In this document: piece by piece, positions 9,442 to 19,444 of the stretch
How the letters are laid out: every line of letters starts with the position of its first letter
How positions within the stretch are numbered: the first letter of the stretch is position 1
NCBI GenBank assembly: GCA_965224025.1
Contig: OZ245033.1
Coordinates: 1,728,001 to 1,792,000 of the forward strand
Origin: Candidatus Multivorans sp.
GTDB lineage: Bacteria > Acidobacteriota > Thermoanaerobaculia > Multivoradales > Multivoraceae
Length of the DNA: 64,000 bases
Direction: 5' to 3'
Position numbers and translations under genes: made by a program
The notes under the pieces: model-generated
Databases searched by the model: none
What the model saw: the letters and a program-made list of their open reading frames with translations, nothing else
Told to the model about the DNA's origin: nothing

Positions 9442-10911
9442 ATGTCCGCGATCACCCGCCGCGTATTCCTCGGCTCCGCCGCTGCCGCCGCCACCACCAC
9501 TCTGGGATGCCGTGCCTCGGCCGGCACCGCCCCAGCGGCGAGCCCGAACGAGGCTCTGCGCGTCGCCGTCGTCGGCTTGCGCGGGCGTGGCAACGACCAC
9601 CTGAACCAGTTCGCCAAGCTGCCCGGCGTCGAGGTCGCCGCGCTCTGCGACGTTGACCGCAACGTGCTCGAAGCGGCCAAGGCGAAGGCTGTCGAGTTGG
9701 GCGCGGACCCGATGACGATCGTCGACTACCGGGAGCTCCTGGAGCGAGACGACATCGACGCGGTGTCCATCGCCACGCCGAACCACTGGCACGCGCTGCA
9801 GGCGGTGTGGGCGTGCCAGGCCGGCAAGGACGTCTACCTGGAGAAGCCGGTCTCCCACAACGTCTGGGAGGGTCGCCAGATCGTTCACGCGGCGAAGAAG
9901 TACGACCGGATCGTGCAGACCGGCACCCAGATCCGTTCGTCACCGTCGATCCAGGACGCCCTGGCCTGGGTCAACGAAGGCCATCTGGGGGAAATCCAGC
10001 TCGCGCGCGGCCTCTGCTACAAGCCCCGCCAGAGCATCGGTCGGGTCGAAGGCGCCCAGCAGGTCGATGCCGCCGTCGACTACGACCTGTGGTGCGGCCC
10101 GGCACCGAAGAAGCCGCTGATGCGGGAGCGTCTGCACTACGACTGGCACTGGGTGTTCGACACCGGCAACGGCGACCTCGGCAACCAGGGCATCCACCAG
10201 ATGGACATCGCACGCTGGGCGCTGGGCGAGGACGCGCTGCCGCCCCGCACGGTCAGCGTCGGCGGGCGGTTCGGCTATGTCGACGACGGCAACACCCCGA
10301 ACACCCAGTTCGTGTACCACGACTACGAGCGCGCGCCCCTGCTGTTCGAGGTCCGCGGCCTGCCCCGCGATCTCAAGGCGCAGGAGGACGAGTGGCGGCG
10401 ACGGGGAATGGACGAGTACCTCGGAGCGCAGATCGGCGTCATCGTCCACTGCGAGGGCGGTCACCTGCAGATCCCGAGCTACACGGAAGCCGCCGCGTTC
10501 GACGCGAAGGGCAAGAAGCTCGAGAAGTGGGAGGGCGGCGCCAACCACTACGCGAACTTCGTCGACGCCGTGCGCAGCCGCCGCAGCGAGGATCTGACAG
10601 CCTCGATCGAGAACGGCCACCTGTCGAGCGCCCTCTGCCACCTCGGCAACGTGTCCTACATGCGGGGCGAGGCCGGCGGACCCGCGAAGATCGCCAAGGT
10701 CGCCGGGAAGCTCCGCAACGCCGGCGACACCGCCGATCGCTTCCTCGACCACCTGGTCAGGAACGGCGTCGATCCCGAGATCGAGCAGCCGATCGTCGGC
10801 TCGTGGCTCACGATCGATCCGGATTCCGAGACGATCGAAGGCGACGACGAGGCCAACCGGTCGCTCACCCGCGAGTACCGCGAGCCGTTCGTGGTTCCCG
10901 AAGTCGTCTGA
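9442..10911 (+). CDS. Gfo/Idh/MocA family oxidoreductase with Tat signal
   Basis: TRRVFLG twin-arginine motif, VVGLRGRG, ATPNHWH, DVYLEKP, GNQGIHQMD; GGAGG RBS. Confidence 0.92.
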   Translation: MSAITRRVFLGSAAAAATTTLGCRASAGTAPAASPNEALRVAVVGLRGRGNDHLNQFAKLPGVEVAALCDVDRNVLEAAKAKAVELGADPMTIVDYRELLERDDIDAVSIATPNHWHALQAVWACQAGKDVYLEKPVSHNVWEGRQIVHAAKKYDRIVQTGTQIRSSPSIQDALAWVNEGHLGEIQLARGLCYKPRQSIGRVEGAQQVDAAVDYDLWCGPAPKKPLMRERLHYDWHWVFDTGNGDLGNQGIHQMDIARWALGEDALPPRTVSVGGRFGYVDDGNTPNTQFVYHDYERAPLLFEVRGLPRDLKAQEDEWRRRGMDEYLGAQIGVIVHCEGGHLQIPSYTEAAAFDAKGKKLEKWEGGANHYANFVDAVRSRRSEDLTASIENGHLSSALCHLGNVSYMRGEAGGPAKIAKVAGKLRNAGDTADRFLDHLVRNGVDPEIEQPIVGSWLTIDPDSETIEGDDEANRSLTREYREPFVVPEVV

Positions 10912-11747
10912 TGGGCGTTCTTCGCACGGCCCCGAAGCACCGCCCCACTGGGTGCGCCGGACAGCCATCCGTGCGCCCGATGACGGGCACACGGACTGGT
11001 TCACGGGTGGCGCGGATCCGCGCCACCCGGGTTCTGGCCGGAATCCGGCGCAAAGCGCCGGTCTGGTTCAATGCGGCCATGCTCTTCGTCAGCGTCGCCG
11101 CCTCCCTCCACGCCCAGTCCGGTGTTCCGGACGGCTACGAACTGGTCTACTCCCAGAACTTCACCGACGCGTCGGCACTCGACGACTTCACCTTCAGCGA
11201 CAAGCGGGCGTGGAGCCACGGCGACGAGGGCGGACGCGGCTACCTCGACCTGGAAGGCGGCAGCAAGTACAAGCCGAAGCACCGCTCCCCGCTCAACATC
11301 GCCCTCATCGACGATCTCCTGCTGGCCGACTTCGTCCTCGAGGCCGAGGCCTGGCAGACCGGCCGCGAGTACGGCCACCGGGATCTCAGCCTCTTCTTCG
11401 GATTCGAGGGGCTCAACCGCTACTACTACGCCCACCTGGCCACCCAGCCCGACGACCGCGCCCACAACATCTTCCTCGTCGACAACGCGGACCGCGCGCC
11501 CATGGGCCTAATCCCCGACCAGGGCGTCGATTGGGGCCGCGGCTGGAAGAGGGTGCGCGTCGAGCGCCAGGACGGCGCGTTGCGGGTCTACTTCGACGGC
11601 GAGAAGCAACCGACGGTCTCTACCGATCGCGACCCGCTCGGCTGGGGCCGCGTCGGCTTCGGCTCGTTCGACGACACCGGCCGCTTCAGCAAGGTCCGGA
11701 TCTGGGCGCCGGAGACGCGGAAGGCAGCGATGTCGGCGTTCGAGTAG
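10911..11747 (+). CDS. Secreted concanavalin-A-like / DUF1080-like protein (start uncertain: 10911, 10980 or later)
   Basis: Signal-like MLFVSVAASLHAQ, beta-rich body, C-terminal GRVGFGSFDDTGRFSKVRIW. Confidence 0.6.
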   Translation: MGVLRTAPKHRPTGCAGQPSVRPMTGTRTGSRVARIRATRVLAGIRRKAPVWFNAAMLFVSVAASLHAQSGVPDGYELVYSQNFTDASALDDFTFSDKRAWSHGDEGGRGYLDLEGGSKYKPKHRSPLNIALIDDLLLADFVLEAEAWQTGREYGHRDLSLFFGFEGLNRYYYAHLATQPDDRAHNIFLVDNADRAPMGLIPDQGVDWGRGWKRVRVERQDGALRVYFDGEKQPTVSTDRDPLGWGRVGFGSFDDTGRFSKVRIWAPETRKAAMSAFE

Positions 11748-11779
11748 GCACGCGCCTAGCCGAGCCCGCTCCGGCAGCG

Positions 11780-12350
11780 CTAACTCCCCAGGAACCCGAA
11801 CACCGCGATCAGGAGCGCGACGAAGGCAAAGAGAAGGAGCACAAGCCACCGCTGGGTCTTCATGGAGGCCGAGAGTTCGTGCACATCTCTGGACAGGCTC
11901 GCCACATTCGCACTCAGCGAACTGAGAGTCGTCAGGACCTCCGAGAAGGGCCATGCCGCCCGAGCCCTCGGTCCTCGGCGCCGAGCCTCATCTTTCCCTG
12001 AAACGGACCGTCGTAGGGTTTCTCGGTCGGTTCGACGAGTTGGTGGAACTCGACTGAAACGAGATCGTCGTCGTACGACAGAGTGATGGCCTTGGGCGTC
12101 AGGTTCGTGAGTCCGAGTATCAACCGACCGTGGAACCCCGGGTCGATCTGCGGTCCTGTCGTCGCGATGAGTCCCTTGCGGGCGTACTTCGACCGCAGCC
12201 CGAAGCGGCCGACATGCTGCGGCCCCAGCGCGATCTCCTCGCGGACAGTGACCACCGCGAAGTCGCCCGGCTCGACCGACAGGTAACCGGTGGAGCGAAG
12301 GTCCATCACCTTCTTCGTGCTGGTCGTCGCGCCCTGTGCGCCGACCCGGT
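11780..12350 (-). pseudogene. dCTP-deaminase/dUTPase-fold protein with C-terminal coiled coil and TM helix; 5'-truncated and frameshifted
   Basis: RVGAQGATTS...GRFGLRSKYARKGL..GPQIDPGFHGRLILGLTN...PYDGPFQG in one frame and FSEVLTTLSSLSANV...WLVLLLFAFVALLIAVFGFLG in another. Frameshifts near 11945-11975. Confidence 0.65.
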
Positions 12351-12459
12351 GTGCCCCTACGGAAAGGGCAAGATTCTGAGACAACTCTCCGATTCCCGGG
12401 TCCAGACTCACGCACCCCAAGGCACTTGCTGTTCCGGCCCTGTGAGCGGTTTCCGGCCA

Positions 12460-15400
12460 CTACACCAGCCGCAACTGCCCGTCAACCAGCAACAACCGCC
12501 CCTCGACCACGAGGCGCTCAGCGTTCTTCGCCACACACTTTCGCATATCGGCACTCGTCGACTTGAATCCGAACGCACGTGCGACTTCCCTCGCACAGTC
12601 CGACACGCTGATCACTACGTTCCGTTCGACCGTCTGCAGCACCGCTGCCTGGACCTCCAGCGGAGGCAGCAGGCCGACCCGACGCAGCGTTCTCGAAGAG
12701 ACGTTGCTGCGATCGCGAACCTCCACTTCGCCGCCGCTTACGGCTCTGAGAAAGCGGCCCGAGCCATGATGGCGTTGACTCAGTTGCCCTGCCCTGAGCG
12801 CTACGTCGAGCGCCTGCTGCACAAGCGCTTGAATACGCCTTCCGGCTTGCTTGTACCCCCAGAGACGGCTCAACCGGCGGCCGACCTCGTCGACGTGGAC
12901 GGGCCCCTCGATCTCGACGATGCGCACCACATACTCGGCAACGCTCGCCGCGTCCAGTTCGTGCAACTCGTGGTCACGGTCGGGCCAGTCGATCGAGAAC
13001 GAAGCCTCACGGTAGGGAACTCGCTCGAAGCCGGGTTCGCGGGACCGAGTTCCTCGCGGAACAGCGACGCTCTCCGGCTCTTCGACCCGGCCCTGTACTT
13101 GAAGACTCGGCTCAGGCACCTCCTCAACCGCATGCCGACCACGGCTCGATCGGGCCCCTTCGATGGCGTCGAGCAGCTTCGACACCTCGCCCGGCGGGTC
13201 GTAGAACCAGTCGGTGCTCCAGATTCGATGGAACCGCCATCCTTTCTGCTCGAGCACAGCCTGCCGGAGGCGGTCCCGTTCGCGCGCCCAACTCGACGAG
13301 TGGTAACGGGCGCCATCGCATTCGACTGCAAGCAGGAACCGTTCCTCGTCATCGGGATCCCGGACTGCCAAATCGATCCGGAAACCCGCCGAACCGACCT
13401 GCGGTACGACCGAGAAGCCATGTCTCTCCAGCGCCTTGGCAACGGCCTCCTCAAACGGGCTGTCCGCCTCTGCCCCGGTCGGAACGGGAACATCGAGTTC
13501 TTCCGTCTCCGCGAACTTCAGGAAACGCTTCAAGACCCTTGGCCCGTCTTGCCTGGCCGCGTCGAGACGTATGTCGCCATGGCGAATCGAAGAGAAGACA
13601 CGGCAGGTCTGCCGGGCCCGCGTGAAGAGAACATTCAACCTCCGTTCGCCTCCGCGGATCGAGACGGGACCGAAGCTCTGCGCCATGTAGCCGTTGGCGT
13701 CTCTACCGTAGCCGATCGAGATGAAGATGACGTCCCTCTCGTCGCCCTGCACGGTCTCGAGGTTCTTCACGAAGAAGGGCTCGTGGCTGCCCTCTCGACA
13801 GAAGGTGTCGAGTTCGCGGTGCTTCGTCCGCATGTACTCGATCAGGTCCCGGATCGTGTCTCGTTGAGCCACCGAGAGGGCCACCACACCGAGCGTTCGT
13901 CCGGGTTCTTCCCGGGCGTGGCGGAGCACAGCTTGGACAACAGCCTCCGCTTCCTTCTCGTTGTTTCGCCTGCGTCCGCGAGCGTACTCGCCATCGACGC
14001 CGACCAACGACAGCCCGAAATCGCTTCCCGGACGACTGCTTGGACTCGGAGGACAAACAAGACGGTCGCCGTAGAACTCGTGGTTAGAGACTTTGATCAG
14101 GGATGGGTGCATCGAGCGGTAGTGCCACTTCAGCATCCGGCTACCCATCGCCCGCGACTCGCAAAGCGAGAGGATGCTCTCCATCTCCCCAAGCTGCATT
14201 GCCTGAACATCCGCTTCGTCGTCGTACTCGACCTCCTCGTCACCGCTCAACTGCCTGTCGAAGAACGATGTGGGCGGCAACTGTTTCTGATCTCCAACGA
14301 CCACGACCTGACGGGCGCGCATGATCGCGCCCATCGCGTCGGCCGGCCGAACCTGGCTCGCCTCGTCGATCAGGAGCAGATCGAACGCCAGCCGGCCCGG
14401 GCTAAGGAACTGAGCGACCGACAATGGGCTCATCAGGAACACTGGCTTGATCGCTGCCACAGCTTCGCCCGCGGTGTCCAGAAGACGACGGAGCCGCATG
14501 TGGCGCTTCTTCTTGTTGCACTCACCGCGCACGATCCCGACCTGCCCGGCTGATCCGAGCGGCAAATCAGCGAAGTGCCTGAGCGCCACCTCTTGGGCCG
14601 CGAGGCGTTGGAGCCGCAGGTCAAGTTCCTTGAACCTCTCCACCATCGCGGAGCGCTTCGCTCCGTCGATCCGTGCCAGCTCCGGCGTTTCGTTCAGCAT
14701 CCGTTCCCAGATCGCCACGGCGCGAACAAACTCGAGAGCCGCCACTGCGGTGTCCGGATCGAGCCTGCCTTCGGCCAAGCGTTCCCGAAGGGCATCCAAT
14801 CCGAGATCGGCGGTTCGCCTTCCCGCTACTCCGAGCCAGTAGCCCGCATCGCAGGATTCCATGTTGGTCAACCACGCCTCGAAGCGCTCCTCGAGACGAC
14901 CCCAATCGACGTCCCAGACGCTCGGCGTCCCGAACGCGGTCGCGACATCAAGGTCGAGCGATTCCGCAACCTCATCCCAGACGCCAGTCCATTCATCCGC
15001 GTCGACTCGGAGCCCGCGCGCTACCGCCGCGCAGTCCAGTCCGGCCGGTACGACCTCGGACCACGCTCTGACCGGGCCCTCCGATCCCAAGGCCTTGGCG
15101 TTCTCGGCGATCCACTCAAGCGCAGGCACGAGTCGCGTGAGTTCCGTGTCCTCGCCGCGCCAGACAGCACCCAACGCTTCCCTGCCCAGAACCGCGTCGC
15201 ACTCGAATGCGCGTCTTCGCGCTGCGTGATCAAGCAGCCGGTCCAGTAACGCAAGTCGCTCGCCAAGGTCCTTGGGCATGCGATCCCGGCAGACTGCCCG
15301 CAAACGGCCGACGGCTTCACGGTAGGGGCGTCGCAGCCACCGGAACAGGGACTCGCCGTGTGCCGCCATCTCCAACCGCGCCTCTACCCACTCTGTTTCC

Positions 15401-17235
15401 AAGGCAACTTCGGCGACTTCTGCGAGTAACTCCTCCCGCGCACCTCGCAGGGAGGCCAAGTCCCTACACAACACCAGCAGCGATGTCGCACGCTCCAGAA
15501 CGCCGCCCTCCCTCAGGATCTTCGGCCCCAAGTCCGGGGCAGTCGCAAAGGTGTCCAGACGTTCCATCGTGGGAGCGACCGCTGACTGCCGACTAGCGTC
15601 CTCGACGACAACCGCTTGCGCAGCTCTCGCCAAGGAACTCCGCACGGCAGGGAGCCGCCGCAACGCTTCTCGGATGCGCTGTGCGAGCAACTCCCGGTCG
15701 AGATACGAGAGCCTCCGGCGCACACCGCGCCAAGGGTGCTCGCGTTCGCTTCCATTCTCCGCAGTCAGCTTTGCGAGTTCCAGCACTGCCCCCAACCGCG
15801 ACTCAAACTCCTTCGAGGACCAACGATCCGCGCCCTCGATGCGGAAGTCCGGTCTCGAATGGCCGCCCTCGATGAGCTTGGAAAGCGTGCCGATGGCCAG
15901 ATACGGCGTCTCCCCCGAAGTCGGGTCGACCCGATGAAGGAGGGCTGACAGCCGGCTCAGTTCATCTCGCACGCTACGCACCCTCTGGTACTGCTGACGG
16001 TCGACTCCCGTTGGCGGCCCCAGTGCCAGCAGCGTCTCCTTGAGGTCCTTGTAGACGTGGCCGCGAACAGCCTTGTGCGAATGCAGTTCCAGACAAAGCG
16101 GTCCCAGACCGCACTTCTCGAGCCGGGAGTGGACCACGTCGAGAGCAGCCCGCTTCTCGGCCACGAACAGCACCCGCTTCCCGTCGCGAGCTGCCACCGC
16201 GATGATGTTCGCGATCGTCTGAGACTTTCCCGTGCCGGGCGGCCCCTGAACGACCAAGTTCCTGCCTTCTCGAACTGCGGCGATCACTCGCGTCTGTGAC
16301 GCGTCGGCATCTAGGATCTGTCCCAACTCCGCCGGATCGGCAAAAAGCTCATCCAGGTTCTCCTCCTGTATGGAGGCCCCGGAATGGTCGTCTTCCTTCC
16401 TGAATCCGTCGAGTAGCAACTTCTCGGCCAGAGAACTGCCGGCCAAACCACCTTCGTGGTCCGGGGCAAGGTCTCGCCACATGAGGAACTTGGCGAAGGA
16501 GTAGAAACCCAGCACGATCGTGTTCGCGTGGACGCTCCAACGCCGCTGGGACGACACGGCCTTCCGTGCCTGCCCAAAGTACTCGGAAGGCAACCAGTTG
16601 TCCGTCTCCGCGAACTCGGGCAGCTTCAACCCGAAGTCGTTTGCCAGCATGGCGCCGAGCGAGAGATTCGGTTCCAGATCCTCATCGCGGTAGACAAGCC
16701 GGAAACGGGCGCGAGCGCTGTCACGTTCCAAGTCCACGGGAATCAGGATGAGTGGCGCGAAGCGTTCGACATCCGACGAATCGCTCTCATACCAGCTCAG
16801 GAACCCCAATGCGAGAAAGAGCACGCTTACGCCCTGCTCTTCCTCCATCGTCCGAGCGTCTCGATACAGGGCCAGGAGACGCTTTTGGAGGCCCTCGGCC
16901 GTCAAAGGTGTCTGGAGTTTGCGGTCCAGATGCCGCGCCCGAGGCGCCGTCGAGGAATCTCCATAGTCGGGGAGGAACGGAAGGTGGGATCTGTCCGGTT
17001 CTTGATCGAGCGGTGCCGTACCGCTCGCGCCGAACGTCATCTTCTTCCGTTCCAAGTAGAGGGTTCGGAAGACCTGGTCGGAGAGCTCGTCCTCGATCTC
17101 AAGCTGTTTGACTCGGCGCTTACCGATCGGCGTGTTGATCAGACGGTTACGCTTGCTGACATCGAGGAGTTGCCGCCGGAGCACTTCGATTGCAGTTTCC
17201 AGCCCTGGAGCGGAGCGACTACTCTGCTTGGCCAT
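12460..17235 (-). CDS. DUF4011 - SF1 helicase - Vsr/MTES-like nuclease - DUF3320 protein (Hhe-like anti-phage protein)
   Basis: LLDVSKRNRLIN (DUF4011), QGPPGTGKSQT Walker A, DEASQ, GDQKQLPP, WHYRS, VQGDERD, RRLNVLFTRAR, FRIDLAV...VECDGARYH..RERDRLRQAVLE..GWRFHRIWSTDW. Confidence 0.88.
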   Translation of the reverse strand: MAKQSSRSAPGLETAIEVLRRQLLDVSKRNRLINTPIGKRRVKQLEIEDELSDQVFRTLYLERKKMTFGASGTAPLDQEPDRSHLPFLPDYGDSSTAPRARHLDRKLQTPLTAEGLQKRLLALYRDARTMEEEQGVSVLFLALGFLSWYESDSSDVERFAPLILIPVDLERDSARARFRLVYRDEDLEPNLSLGAMLANDFGLKLPEFAETDNWLPSEYFGQARKAVSSQRRWSVHANTIVLGFYSFAKFLMWRDLAPDHEGGLAGSSLAEKLLLDGFRKEDDHSGASIQEENLDELFADPAELGQILDADASQTRVIAAVREGRNLVVQGPPGTGKSQTIANIIAVAARDGKRVLFVAEKRAALDVVHSRLEKCGLGPLCLELHSHKAVRGHVYKDLKETLLALGPPTGVDRQQYQRVRSVRDELSRLSALLHRVDPTSGETPYLAIGTLSKLIEGGHSRPDFRIEGADRWSSKEFESRLGAVLELAKLTAENGSEREHPWRGVRRRLSYLDRELLAQRIREALRRLPAVRSSLARAAQAVVVEDASRQSAVAPTMERLDTFATAPDLGPKILREGGVLERATSLLVLCRDLASLRGAREELLAEVAEVALETEWVEARLEMAAHGESLFRWLRRPYREAVGRLRAVCRDRMPKDLGERLALLDRLLDHAARRRAFECDAVLGREALGAVWRGEDTELTRLVPALEWIAENAKALGSEGPVRAWSEVVPAGLDCAAVARGLRVDADEWTGVWDEVAESLDLDVATAFGTPSVWDVDWGRLEERFEAWLTNMESCDAGYWLGVAGRRTADLGLDALRERLAEGRLDPDTAVAALEFVRAVAIWERMLNETPELARIDGAKRSAMVERFKELDLRLQRLAAQEVALRHFADLPLGSAGQVGIVRGECNKKKRHMRLRRLLDTAGEAVAAIKPVFLMSPLSVAQFLSPGRLAFDLLLIDEASQVRPADAMGAIMRARQVVVVGDQKQLPPTSFFDRQLSGDEEVEYDDEADVQAMQLGEMESILSLCESRAMGSRMLKWHYRSMHPSLIKVSNHEFYGDRLVCPPSPSSRPGSDFGLSLVGVDGEYARGRRRNNEKEAEAVVQAVLRHAREEPGRTLGVVALSVAQRDTIRDLIEYMRTKHRELDTFCREGSHEPFFVKNLETVQGDERDVIFISIGYGRDANGYMAQSFGPVSIRGGERRLNVLFTRARQTCRVFSSIRHGDIRLDAARQDGPRVLKRFLKFAETEELDVPVPTGAEADSPFEEAVAKALERHGFSVVPQVGSAGFRIDLAVRDPDDEERFLLAVECDGARYHSSSWARERDRLRQAVLEQKGWRFHRIWSTDWFYDPPGEVSKLLDAIEGARSSRGRHAVEEVPEPSLQVQGRVEEPESVAVPRGTRSREPGFERVPYREASFSIDWPDRDHELHELDAASVAEYVVRIVEIEGPVHVDEVGRRLSRLWGYKQAGRRIQALVQQALDVALRAGQLSQRHHGSGRFLRAVSGGEVEVRDRSNVSSRTLRRVGLLPPLEVQAAVLQTVERNVVISVSDCAREVARAFGFKSTSADMRKCVAKNAERLVVEGRLLLVDGQLRLV

Positions 17236-18284
17236 TTCAGCTTGGTGCCCGCTGGGGCTATTGTCCTCCGCTGCGCTCCATATCCTCCGTACGGCGCGAA
17301 CTCCCGGTCAAGCTGCTCCGCCGACACCTCGCCGTCGTGGAACAGCAGTCGGTAGCGCAACCGCAACTCTCCACCGGCCGGAATCGTCCAGTCGCCGGTG
17401 CCCTTCTTCGCCTTCTCGAAGTCGTGGACGCCGAAGGGGTTGGCGGCGAACAGGCCGTAGGCGCGGGCGTGCCACCAGGTCGGGTGGCGAAAGTTCTCGG
17501 GGTGGTCGAAGATGGCGATGCCGACAGGCTTGCCGTCGACCGGGCCAGTGTAGTGGACCCAGGAAGCGCGCTTGCCCCAGACGTCGGTGCCTTCGACGCC
17601 TTCGCTGTTCCGCATCGAGCCGGCGGCGTGTTCGCCCTGGTGACGGAGGGTGGGGGCGACGCGGATGGCCATCGTGCCTTCCTTCGTGTCGCCGAGGACG
17701 ACGGCGCCGTCGCCGGCCCTTAGCCTGACGTCGAAGTCGATCGCCCGCCAGGCCTGACCGGTGTCCAACGTACCGGCGAGGAAAGTCATCGTCCGTTCCT
17801 CGCCGAGCATCTCGTCGCCGCCCGGGTCAACCCAGGAGTTCGCGGTGCGCAGCACGCCGGACTCGCCGGACGCGACCGTCAGGATCTTCTGATGGACGAT
17901 TGCCGAGCCGTCGCGGCCGTTCCAGATGTCATACCGCTTCGAGCCATCCGCCAGGCCCACGGCCCCGTGCGCGAACCAGAGGGAACGGTGGTGCGGATGG
18001 TCCCGCTCCTCCCCTTCCGCCTCGGCCATCGGCCAGTTGCGGGTCAACGCCTGACCGCCGGGGCCGTAGACCGGGTAGAGATACGGCAGGTGGCCGCCAC
18101 CGTCCGCCTGGCCCCCGGGCCGGTACTCCGTGAACGGTTTGCCGTCGACGGAGACCAGAATGCGGTCTCCGCCGCGACGGGTGAGTTCGACCGAGGGATC
18201 GCTGGCCTCCGCTGGCGCAATCAACGCGACGGGAAGCACACACAGCAGGACACCGCGCAGGGCGCCCTGAACCGAGCGTTTCAT
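17139..18284 (-). CDS. DUF6807 / PF14100 'PmoA family' secreted protein (not a true methane monooxygenase)
   Basis: Signal peptide, PYLYPVYGP, DHPHHRSLWFAHG, GDTKEG, IFDHPEN..PTWWHARAYGLFAANPFG. The C-terminal tail overlaps the helicase start. Confidence 0.82.
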   Translation of the reverse strand: MKRSVQGALRGVLLCVLPVALIAPAEASDPSVELTRRGGDRILVSVDGKPFTEYRPGGQADGGGHLPYLYPVYGPGGQALTRNWPMAEAEGEERDHPHHRSLWFAHGAVGLADGSKRYDIWNGRDGSAIVHQKILTVASGESGVLRTANSWVDPGGDEMLGEERTMTFLAGTLDTGQAWRAIDFDVRLRAGDGAVVLGDTKEGTMAIRVAPTLRHQGEHAAGSMRNSEGVEGTDVWGKRASWVHYTGPVDGKPVGIAIFDHPENFRHPTWWHARAYGLFAANPFGVHDFEKAKKGTGDWTIPAGGELRLRYRLLFHDGEVSAEQLDREFAPYGGYGAQRRTIAPAGTKLKWPSRVVAPLQGWKLQSKCSGGNSSMSASVTV

Positions 18285-18336
18285 CGCCAAATCACCTGTC
18301 ACTGGTTCGTCTCCGGAGAAGGCTCAGCATGGTACC

Positions 18337-19383
18337 GTGCCGCGGGTGAATCTCACGAAAGGGTCGGTCCCGCAGCTCAGCGCCGGCGCCCTGCCGGCAC
18401 TCCTGCTGAGCGCTCTGGCAGTCGCCGCCTGTGGTGGCGGCGAGGCCGGTGCGGACGCGGATGTCTCGGAGCCGGAAACCGTGACGGAACAACGTTCGGC
18501 AAAGGTCCTCAGGGCGCACCTGTTCGACGGCGATGTCGACGGACAGGCCGCTTTCGCCCGGATCAGGGACCGCTTCAAGGCGGCGAATCCCGGCTACGGC
18601 ATGACGTTTCTGGCCGCCGCCAACGAGATCGCCGGCGTTGACGGCAACCGCCTTGTGTTCGTCCAGGCGCCGGTCGAGGAAGAGCCCGCCGCGGCGGAGA
18701 TCCACACCGCCGGCGGCACCAAGGAAACCGAACTCCACGTGGGCGACATCGCGGTCCTCCGTGCCGGCGACCGGCTGACGGCAGAGCCAGCGATCGCCGC
18801 TCTGGTGTTCGACGTACCCGACGCTCCCGGCGACACCGTGCCGGCCGCCATCCGCCCCGACTGGGATCCCGACATCACGGATGTCCCCGGCGGCTGCGCC
18901 ACGGAGACCGGCGCCTACCGCCGCATCCTGCTCACCTGGCTCCAACAGAACGGCCCCTACACCTTCCATGGCCTGAACGCTCACCGGGTGCGGATCACCG
19001 ACTCCTTCACCCACTACCACCCCGTGGACACCGGCTTCGACGAGTTCTACCTCGTGCAGATGAGCAACGACGTCGATCAACTCCTCACCAGCTACCATGC
19101 CGCGACCATCGAATCGCCCGAGACGATGACTCCCGAACTCGCACGGGAACTGTTCGACGTCCACGATGTCCGCGCCGGCGACCTGATCTACCTGCCCCGC
19201 GGCGTGATCCACCGCGGACTGGGCGGCGTGCTGGCGCAGGTGATCACCGTGCCCGGCTTCCGCCCCGGCGCCGAGATCGGGGTCGATCATCACCTCCTGG
19301 CGATCAACGAGCGGCTCGGCCTCGAAGGCAACGAGGCCCTGCCGTACAACGTCGAAGCCTCGACACAGCCGATCGTCCGCTGA
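18337..19383 (+). CDS. Lipoprotein with C-terminal cupin-like metal-binding domain
   Basis: Lipobox LAVAAC; THYHP..FDEFYLV and AGDLIYLPRGVIHR resemble the two cupin motifs. Confidence 0.6.
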   Translation: MPRVNLTKGSVPQLSAGALPALLLSALAVAACGGGEAGADADVSEPETVTEQRSAKVLRAHLFDGDVDGQAAFARIRDRFKAANPGYGMTFLAAANEIAGVDGNRLVFVQAPVEEEPAAAEIHTAGGTKETELHVGDIAVLRAGDRLTAEPAIAALVFDVPDAPGDTVPAAIRPDWDPDITDVPGGCATETGAYRRILLTWLQQNGPYTFHGLNAHRVRITDSFTHYHPVDTGFDEFYLVQMSNDVDQLLTSYHAATIESPETMTPELARELFDVHDVRAGDLIYLPRGVIHRGLGGVLAQVITVPGFRPGAEIGVDHHLLAINERLGLEGNEALPYNVEASTQPIVR

Positions 19384-19444
19384 CGCCTGTACCGCCTACG
19401 GTCCGAACTCCAACGATCCTGAATCCAACCGAGGATCCAGCCGC

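Noticed and set aside
17139-18284. Methane monooxygenase suggested by the 'PmoA family' label
   Set aside because: It is a soluble secreted DUF6807-type protein with no pmoCAB context.
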